This document shows, piece by piece, positions 45,666-54,087 of a stretch of 54,087 nt of DNA (positions are counted from its first letter, which is position 1; every line of letters begins with the position of its first letter). A program made the translations under genes and the position numbers. The notes under the pieces were generated by a model. It was not told the DNA's origin and did not search any database. It saw only the letters and a program-made list of their open reading frames with translations. The stretch comes from Nemertoderma westbladi (lineage: Eukaryota > Animalia > Xenacoelomorpha). The stretch is from the NCBI GenBank assembly GCA_032718475.1, contig JAUCBJ010006779.1:1-54087 (forward strand), written 5' to 3'.

Positions 45666-47960
45666 TAATGTAGAATCAGGGCATTGAGCTCAACCATAGG
45701 ACTGGGCCGTTAGAATCAGGGCATTGAGCTCAACCATAGGACTGGGCCGTTAGAATCAGGGCATTGAGCTCAACCATAGGACTGGCCCGTTAGAATCAGG
45801 GCATTGAGCTCAACCATAGGACTGGGCCGTTAGAATCAGGGCATTGAGCTCAACCATAGGACTGGGCCGTTAGAATCAGGCCATTGAGCTCAACCATAGG
45901 ACTGGCCCGTTAGAATCAGGGCATTGAGCTCAACCATAGGACTGGGTCATTAATGTGGAATCAGGGCATTGAGCTCAACCATAGGACTGGGTCGGTAGAA
46001 TCAGGGCATTGAGCTCAACCATAGGACTGGGCCGTTAGAATTAGGGCATTGAGCTCAACCATAGGACTGGGCCGTTAGAATCAGGGCATTGAGCTCAACC
46101 ATAGGACTGGGCCGTTAGAATCAGGGCATTGAGCTCAACCATAGGACTGGGCCGTTAGAATCAGGGCATTGAGCTCAACCATAGGACTGGGCCGTTAGAA
46201 TCAGGGCATTGAGCTCAACCATAGGACTGGGCCGTTAGAATTAGGGCATTGAGCTCAACCATAGGACTGGGCCGTTAGAATCAGGGCATTGAGCTCAACC
46301 ATAGGACTGGGCCGTTAGAATCAGGGCATTGAGCTCAACCATAGGACTGGGCCGTTAGAATCAGGGCATTGAGCTCAACCATAGGACTGGGCCGTTAGAA
46401 TCAGGGCATTGAGCTCAACCATAGGACTGGGCCGTTAGAATCAGGGCATTGAGCTCAACCATAGGACTGGGCCGTTAGAATCAGGGCATTGAGCTCAACC
46501 ATAGGACTGGGTCATTAATGTGGAATCAGGGCATTGAGCTCAACCATAGGACTGGGCCGTTAGAATTAGGGCATTGAGCTCAACCATAGGACTGGGCCGT
46601 TAGAATCAGGGCATTGAGCTCAACCATAGGACTGGGCCGTTAGAATCAGGGCATTGAGCTCAACCATAGGACTGGGCCGTTAGAATCAGGGCATTGAGCT
46701 CAACCATAGGACTGGGCCGTTAGAATCAGGGCATTGAGCTCAACCATAGGACTGGGCCGTTAGAATCAGGGCATTGAGCTCAACCATAGGACTGGGCCGT
46801 TAGAATCAGGGCATTGAGCTCAACCATAGGACTGGGTCATTAATGTGGAATCAGGGCATTGAGCTCAACCATAGGACTGGGCCGTTAGAATCAGGGCATT
46901 GAGCTCAACCATAGGACTGGGTCATTAATGTGGAATCAGGGCATTGAGCTCAACCATAGGACTGGGCCGTTAGAATCAGGGCATTGAGCTCAACCATAGG
47001 ACTGGGCCGTTAGAATCAGGGCATTGAGCTCAACCATAGGACTGGGTCATTAATGTAGAATCAGGGCATTGAGCTCAGCCATAGGACTGGGTCGGTAGAA
47101 TCAGGGCATTGAGCTCAACCATAGGACTGGGCCGTTAGAATGAGGGCATTGAGCTCAACCATAGGACTGGGCCGTTAGAATCAGGGCATTGAGCTCAACC
47201 ATAGGACTGGGCCATTAGAATGAGGGCATTGAGCTCAACCATAGGACTGGGCCGGTAGAATCAGGGCATTGAGCTCAACCATAGGACTGGGTCATTAATG
47301 TAGAATCAGGGCATTGAGCTCAGCCATAGGACTGGGTCGGTAGAATCAGGGCATTGAGCTCAACCATAGGACTGGGCCGTTAGAATGAGGGCATTGAGCT
47401 CAACCATAGGACTGGGTCATTAATGTAGAATCAGGGCATTGAGCTCAGCCATAGGACTGGGTCGGTAGAATCAGGGCATTGAGCTCAGCCATAGGACTGG
47501 GTCGGTAGAATCAGGGCATTGAGCTCAACCATAGGACTGGGCCGTTAGAATGAGGGCATTGAGCTCAACCATAGGACTGGGCCGGTAGAATCAGGGCATT
47601 GAGCTCAACCATAGGACTGGGTCATTAATGTAGAATCAGGGCATTGAGCTCAGCCATAGGACTGGGTCGGTAGAATCAGGGCATTGAGCTCAACCATAGG
47701 ACTGGGCCGTTAGAATCAGGGCATTGAGCTCAACCATAGGACTGGGCCATTAATGTAGAATCAGGGCATTGAGCTCAACCATAGGACTGGGCCGTTAGAA
47801 TCAGGGCATTGAGCTCAACCATAGGACTGGGCCGTTAGAATCAGGGCATTGAGCTCAACCATAGGACTGGGCCGTTAGAATCAGGGCATTGAGCTCAACC
47901 ATAGGACTGGGGCGTTAGAATCAGGGGATTGAGCTCAACCATAGGACTGGGCCATTAATG
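45666..47960. repeat. 2.3-kb intronic satellite, 40-bp monomer TAGAATCAGGGCATTGAGCTCAACCATAGGACTGGGCCGT with 46-bp variants, ~56 copies
   Basis: Direct head-to-tail repetition; internal palindrome TTGAGCTCAA. Confidence 0.98.
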
Positions 47961-48362
47961 TCACAAAAATATCGATTTCGTTAAAGTTAACTAAAATGTT
48001 ACATCTAAATTAGTAAAAGACGTCCAACATTCTCTACAGTTATTTTATTTCTCGGCGAAGTGATATCAATCAGTAAAAGGTTAATAATTATTATATCAGA
48101 CAACTAAAAAACCCGAAAAAGTAAACAAAATGAACAAATAATAATAATATAATACAACATAGACAGTAAACTGTACAGACACACGCGTTGTTCATCTATC
48201 CTTCAGTATTCAGTACACTCCGCCCATCCAGAGAGGGGCTTCGCAATACATGATAATTGTTTACCTGAGTTTAACTTTAGGTTCACAATATGATACAGTA
48301 CAATGAACTAGTTGAACTTATATATATATATTAATTCAATTGTCACTTGATTAATGTTTCAG

Positions 48363-48514
48363 TTTCAACAGAAACACAATAACCGATGGACCAATGACGA
48401 GTTGCTGTTGGCTGTCCAATCGGTTCGCAAATACGGCAGAGACTTTGATGCAATGGCCAGTATCCTAGGCAACAAGACTGTGGCTCAATGTAAACACTTT
48501 TATTTCACTTACAA
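48363..48514 (+). CDS. RCOR: RCOR exon, SANT2
   Basis: TTTCAG|[52 protein letters not shown]|GTGAGT. Confidence 0.93.
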
Positions 48515-48689
48515 GTGAGTTATCCCAACCCATAAGTCAACTAACTCAATTGAAAAATTGGATAGACCGATAGCATTCTCTGTATGCAGAGTTGCACATC
48601 AGTCTGTAGGTGTCCAAAGTATATGGAGATAGAGAATCTACTACAGTGATTCACATTCAGGTCGCATTGTAATATTTATTGAATTCCAG

Positions 48690-48882
48690 ACGCCGTTTCA
48701 ACCTGGATGACGTCCTGGCGGAATACGAGGCAGATCAGGAGCCCCAAGCTGGAGGGAAGCGTAAAGTTACCGGGGAGCGAGTCGCAACCACCAGGATATC
48801 GGATATCGGGATATCAACCACCAGGATATCGGCCGATATTACAGGGGAGCGAGTCGCGGCCACCAGGATATCGGCGGACAAG
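48690..48882 (+). CDS. RCOR: RCOR exon, SANT2 end and repetitive tail
   Basis: TTCCAG|(K)RRFNLDDVLAEYEADQE...ISADK|GT; phase 2 fits the previous exon. The 3' boundary is less certain. Confidence 0.85.
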
Positions 48883-49032
48883 GTTTCTTTCTTACCAATG
48901 AGTTTATTGATTATTAAATTAGCACTTTTCCGCACTTACGACTCGAGTGTATTTACGTAGGAAGTGATGATTCTTTACCATAAAATTGGGTCAAAGTTGT
49001 TTTTGTGCTATTAAACATTGTCTGTCTCATTT

Positions 49033-49711
49033 ACTAGATCATCCGCATCTTCAAGACCAGTGTCCTTTAAGATGCGTCTCAAGAAAGTCATGGGCTGTCC
49101 ACCATGCTTATTCACTCCATGAGGCTGCCAAAGTACAAGATTATGCACTGGCTGGTCCTCACGGCGAAAGCAATGTCCTGCAAAGCGGAGGCGATTTTGT
49201 TCTAGTGTCAAGCTTGGGGGAACCAATGAGACACCTCCAATGTTATATAGTGTCTGGTTGTAGATGTGTGCATTGTACTTGACACAATGAACCCGGCGTA
49301 GCATTCTTGTGAATGTGCCATCCAGAGATTTGGTGTCATCAGCAGTTAGAGCCCAGCATGGACTCCCATAGAGGAGTACTGGAACTACTGCTGCTTTAAA
49401 TAATCGGACCTTAAGTTTCCGATTAATTCTCGGTGACTTCCAAATCCTGGAAAGCCTATTCAAGGCTGCCCATGCCTTTCCCTTACGTATTCGAAGGTCC
49501 TCACCTGACTTCCGGATCCATGATCCCAGGTAACAGAAGTCGTCCACATGCTCAAGCATACCATCCTTTGAGCTTATGCTCATCCGATCAGAGACTTGCT
49601 GAGGACTTTCAAAGTTAACGGTCAGAAGTTTGGTCTTTCTGGAGTTAATAAAAAGACCAACACTAGAAGCAGCATGTTCTAATGAGCTGAGGAGCCGTTG
49701 GGCTCCCTCTA
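49033..49711 (-). mobile_element. RTE LINE fragment nearly identical to 29563-30232
   Basis: Direct sequence match; peptide SISSKDGMLEHVDDFCYLGSWIRKSGEDLRIRKGKAWAAL. Confidence 0.95.
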
Positions 49712-49779
49712 GTCATAGGTATACTTATAAACTACACATTTAGGTATACTGGTTCAATTCCATACACATTGTCTTTCAG

Positions 49780-49886
49780 GATTATGATTGTTCCCCACAA
49801 GGTAGTGATAATGAGGTCATATCGAGGGATGGTAGACGGGATGTTTATCGGATGTCCAACCGGAATTCGCCTCCCATAGTAACTGG
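49780..49886 (+). CDS. RCOR: RCOR putative penultimate exon
   Basis: TCTTTCAG|DYDCSPQGSDNEVISRDGRRDVYRMSNRNSPPIVT-GG|GTAGGT. Supported by splice signals and phase only. Confidence 0.55.
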
Positions 49887-50005
49887 GTAGGTACACGTAG
49901 CTACATCAAACACGACCCAGTATAACTTGATAATATTCTGGTTTATTTATTTATTATTATTATTTTACGGGAAGAGAAGGTATTTTAAATTATTGTTTTA
50001 TTCAG

Positions 50006-50126
50006 AATATCTTTCAGTGATGGATCTTTGGCATCGAAACAGCATTGCAATAAAACCCCGACGATAATGGCACCGTTGCACCACGACCAATCGGGTTCGA
50101 GTACGTCTGGAGTTCGGAATAATTAA
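50006..50126 (+). CDS. RCOR: RCOR putative last coding exon
   Basis: TTATTCAG|(G)ISFSDGSLASKQHCNKTPTIMAPLHHDQSGSSTSGVRNN*; phase 2 fits; AATAAA signals at ~50208-50242. Confidence 0.55.
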
Positions 50127-51489
50127 ACCAATCAGGTTCGAGTTCATCTTCGGGTTCCGATTAATTATTAATGGAGGGAACTTTAAAAGTTGTATTCGAA
50201 TGAAATCTAATAAACATAAACATCTAATAAACATCTAATAAACAATAATAGACACTTATTCGCGTATCTAATAGAAATCGATACATTTTGTTGGCGCATT
50301 TCACTTTGTTTACTTTCTATATGTTTAGATTCTCTTCCAGCTGTGTGTTCTCATCTGTAATACGTTATTGGAGTTAATTAACAAATTGTTATATTATTGG
50401 AGCGCTCCCATCGTGTTGCAGACCGTTAATTAAATGTAATTTTTTGCACTTTTTGCTGTATATTGCCATGCAAGTAGGCTTAAATAATATTATCTATACA
50501 TTTTGTTTAGCACGAAATTTATCACAGCCAGTTGTTTAGTATAATCTCCCTGCTTTGTGAGTCGCATCAGAACTGCTTTCAAACTTTGTTTTACAAACAT
50601 TCGTAAAATAATTGTCCACAACGATATTCCTCCAATGTGCACGCAGAAATGTTACCTTAATTACGACACTGTTCTGTTGGTGGTTAAATGTTGAGACTAC
50701 TATTATAGCCATCATGTGCTATATAATGTTAATGAGGGATATGTTTAGTTTGTTATTTTGGTTAAGTCAGACCTCAACCCATGCAACGTCAATATTTACA
50801 CGCCCTGTTGTAAACTATATTTAATAGTTCTTTAAACATATCAGATAGATTGAATGTTACGCATTATTTACTTTAGTTAAACTTGGGTTTGGTATTCAGA
50901 TAACAAGGCAACTCAGATTGTTTGGCATCCGGCTATTTTTTACTGGACTACTCGGAATTGTTATTTTTGCTTTGAAACATTTATTTCGTGTGGTTGAGAA
51001 AGTCCACCTTTTTAAGATAATAAAACAATCAGTAAATGTTGCACCCACTTGTGTTGCTCGTCGTCTTTATTGGTTTGGTTATGCAACTTTGGTCTTCCGA
51101 GGAAGTGAAGACATCTGAATTTCGTTGAGCAATAGCTGAGATACTGGCCTCGACTAAGTGGCATGTTTTGCTCCAAAGTTAATCATGTTCTGTATATTTT
51201 ATTCCAGTTTCAATACAGTATTATTTTCATTTCTATTATTGATCACTTTTATCCATATAATTTATGTTCTTTATAATATCGGGTTGCTGGAATGCTGTTA
51301 GTTGGTGTTTCTAATTGTATTTATTTTTTATTTATTTACTTTCTGTAAAGTAATTTAATTTGAACTGTCAATATAATTAATTTAACTTGGGGACCTGGTA
51401 TCCTGCTAATTTTCACAAAAATTAATTTATTTATTGATTCAAGGTTAAAAATTTTCGTAGATTACAGAAATCTAAACCTTAAAGTCACA

Positions 51490-52150
51490 GTACAAGACGC
51501 ATTTGTCTGTGTCTGTATGTCGGGGTGTCTGTGTGTCGGGGTGTCTGTATGTCTTTGTGTCTGTGTGTCTGTCTTTTCGTTTGTCTGTCCGTCAGAAAAT
51601 AAGGAAGGAAAGTACCTAATTATAATTTTCGCTAGGGGGTTCTAGGGAGGTTTTCCTAGTCAGTGATTTAATTTCTGATGTCCGTTTTTACGTTAAATAT
51701 GTTTTAGATTGTCTGCCTGTCCGTTTCTCTGTCGGTCTATATGTCTGTCAGTTGATCAAAGACAGTCTAGATGCCATCAAACGTGAATATTGCCATCAAA
51801 AATAACATCACCGACCTTAAAAATCCACACACAGATAATTTAACATTTGTGTTGGGCTGACAGACTGACCGACAGACATAAGGGCAGATTTAAAGACAGT
51901 CTAGCTTCCGCCAAACCAGAAAAATAAAATCTGAAATAAAATCACCGACAATGAAAACCCCTACAACGAAATTATTCGTAAGTTGTGCCTTCATTTCGAA
52001 TTATGGACACATTTGAAAAATCTAAACAGAGAAAATTGGCGGGAAGGTTTGAAATCTTGAATGGCTTTTTCTTTAAAAGTACTTTTTTGTAACACAAAGG
52101 TTTTCTATTTCTCAGGAACTACTATTTCGCAGGAAATTTTCACCGATTCT
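51490..52150 (+). mobile_element. Possible degenerate HINE/DINE-1-like element
   Basis: GTCT/GTGTCT microsatellite near the start and inverted CAGACAGAC segments internally. Boundaries are uncertain. Confidence 0.35.
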
Positions 52151-52161
52151 TACCTTCAATG

Positions 52162-52990
52162 CTGTCTACCCGTGGGCTGTCTACCCGTGGACCCGTGGGC
52201 TGTCTACCCGTGGGCTGTCTACCCGTGGGCTGTCTACCCGTGGGCTGTCTAGTGTCAACCCGTGGACCCGTGGGCTGTCTACCCGTGGGCTGTCTAACCT
52301 TGGAACCCGTGGGCTGTCTACCCTTGGAACCCGTGGGCTGTCTACCCGTGGACCCGTGGGCTGTCTACCCGTGGGCTGTCAACCCTTGGAACCCGTGGGC
52401 TGTCTACCCTTGGAACCCGTGGGCTGTCTACCCGTGGAACCCGTGGGCTGTCTACCCGTGGAACCCATGGGCTGTCTACCCGTGGAACCCGTGGGCTGTC
52501 TACCCGTGGGCTGTCTACCCGTGGGCTGTCTACCCGTGGACCCGTGGGCTGTCTACCCGTGGACCCGTGGGCTGTCTACCCGTGGGCTGTCTACCCGTGG
52601 GCTGTCTAGTGTCTACCCGTGGGCTGTCTACCCGTGGGCTGTCTAACCTTGGAACCCGTGGGCTGTCTACCCTTGGAACCCGTGGGCTGTCTACCCGTGG
52701 ACCCGTGGGCTGTCTACCCGTGGGCTGTCTACCCGTGGTCCCGTGGGCTGTCAACCCTTGGAACCCGTGGGCTGTCTACCCTTGGAACCCGTGGGCTGTC
52801 TATCCATGGGCTGTCTACCCGTGGAACCCGTGGGCTGTCTACCCGTGAACCCGTGGGCTGTCTACCCGTGGTCCCGTGGGCTGTCTACCCTTGGAACCCG
52901 TGGGCTGTCTACCCGTGGAACCCGTGGGCTGTCTACCCGTGGAACCCATGGGCTGTCTACCCGTGGAACCCGTGGGCTGTCTAACCGTGG
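52162..52990. repeat. GC-rich minisatellite of mixed 15/23/24-bp units (CCCGTGGGCTGTCTA, GGAACCCGTGGGCTGTCTACCCGT)
   Basis: Direct repetition; this produces all the PVGCL/PWAVY/TRGLS ORFs in the track. Confidence 0.95.
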
Positions 52991-53442
52991 CACACCGAAT
53001 TTTAATCACATTGTTTATCAGCTTGATGTTTTTTTGACGATTTATATATATTTTCTTTTGAAAAATACAAGTAATTTTCAAAAATTTTTCTTATTTTGGT
53101 GAAAATTATTTATTTGGATTTTTTGGTTTCACATTTATGTCCGGATACGTGGTCTATACGAGTTCAAAATTTCATAAAATTTCATTAAGCGGTTCACATC
53201 CAAATAGTGTACAGTTAGTTTATTAAGTAAATGAGCAGGGTACCAGGTCTCCTTAGAGAAGTGCAATAAACAAACTTTATTATTCTTGACTGGATATATT
53301 TCTATATATCCCGATTCGCATCCACATCATATGAGCTGGACCTTTGGAATCGACACCCTTCTTAGTTTAATTATATAAGGATAAAAGTTCTTTATTCCAT
53401 CGGGTACATTTATGCCATGGAGTGTTTTTATTTAATTTGTCG

Positions 53443-53509
53443 GCCTCATGGAGTGAATACGCATGTTGACAGCCCATGACTTTCTTGAGACGCATCTTAA
53501 AGGGCACTG
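53443..53509 (+). mobile_element. Tiny RTE 3' fragment
   Basis: CCTCATGGAGTGAAT...GACAGCCCATGACTTTCTTGAGACGCATCTTAAAGGGCACTG is the reverse complement of 29588-29655. Confidence 0.85.
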
Positions 53510-53879
53510 TTACAACTGCAACAATGAGCGGGAACAACAAACAGCAATGAGTTGTTGCTCATTGATACCCGTGGTTGCTAATTCTTGCTCATTGTTGTTC
53601 GTTGCTGCTTTTAGCACCTACCCAAACAGATACTTTTTTAACTTAGACGAAATTATAACCTTCGATTTAGATTTGCGAAGGTCATTGTCCATTGAGTTCC
53701 ACAGGTGCGGGTGGGGGGGGGGGGGGGGGCTTGAAATTTTAGCGATTTTTGGCCAACTACTAATCGGCCACGCGGAATGAAATATTTATTAGAACTACGT
53801 GAACGGATGGATTACGAGTGGATTGTATTGGTTGAATAAGTTACTGAAGAAATGATGATTTGTGTTGATATAAATGAAT

Positions 53880-54010
53880 AATAATGGTCGTAATTACTAC
53901 TCCCGGGGATACCACATTCTAGAATAGCCTGGTTTGACCTACAGTTATTTATGGAAACAAATTGCGTGCGATTGTTGAGGTAGTCAGCAAACAATTTGTG
54001 AGGAATACCG
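53880..54010 (-). mobile_element. Small CR1/L2-type RT fragment
   Basis: DYLNNRTQFVSINNCRSNQAILECGIP(Q)GS resembles the YLxxRxQxV...GVPQGS segment of LINE RTs. Confidence 0.7.
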
Positions 54011-54087
54011 TTATAAATTAATTAATTAAATAAGGTGATAATGCTTTCTTCAAATTTATAAAGACCACTCCCGCTGAGTCACCGTTA

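Noticed and set aside
45666-47960. Second CRISPR-like array
   Set aside because: The variable part is only a few recurring 6-12 bp variants, not unique spacers.
52061-53102. PVGCL / PWAVY / TRGLS repeat proteins
   Set aside because: Units of 23 bp and other non-triplet lengths shift frame constantly; this is a non-coding minisatellite.

Overview
This is animal (invertebrate-type) nuclear DNA, not prokaryotic. It holds two divergently oriented spliced host genes in a dense nest of repeats; all analysis below is by eye, with no database searches. (1) A minus-strand MIA/TANGO1-family gene that the ORF track does not assemble. Its signal peptide and MIA SH3-like domain are split over three small phase-compatible exons (35933-35789, 28029-27896, 10506-10350). 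These are probably spliced to a large acidic, Thr/Asp/Pro mucin-like exon (9750-7218, one frameshift near 8200) and to an exon with about 23 copies of an unrecognised 29-aa WxxYxPYGxxLPxxxC repeat (6680-4144). (2) A plus-strand CoREST/RCOR gene with 9 predicted coding exons (39778-50126): ELM2, SANT1, a GATA-spaced C4 finger and SANT2. The introns hold an 11.6-kb satellite whose 40-bp monomer is the amplified 5' hairpin end of a short Helentron-like (HINE) element carrying a tRNA-derived piece. They also hold a full-length Sola2 transposon (TSD TAAG), a full-length hAT-like transposon with a 7-bp TSD nested in an RTE LINE, CR1 and RTEX-like fragments, MITEs and a second 40-bp satellite. A minisatellite lies downstream of RCOR. 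The window opens inside a >1.7-kb imperfect palindrome carrying two convergent decayed copies of a C2H2-finger/acidic/coiled-coil gene around a hairpin-repeat core.
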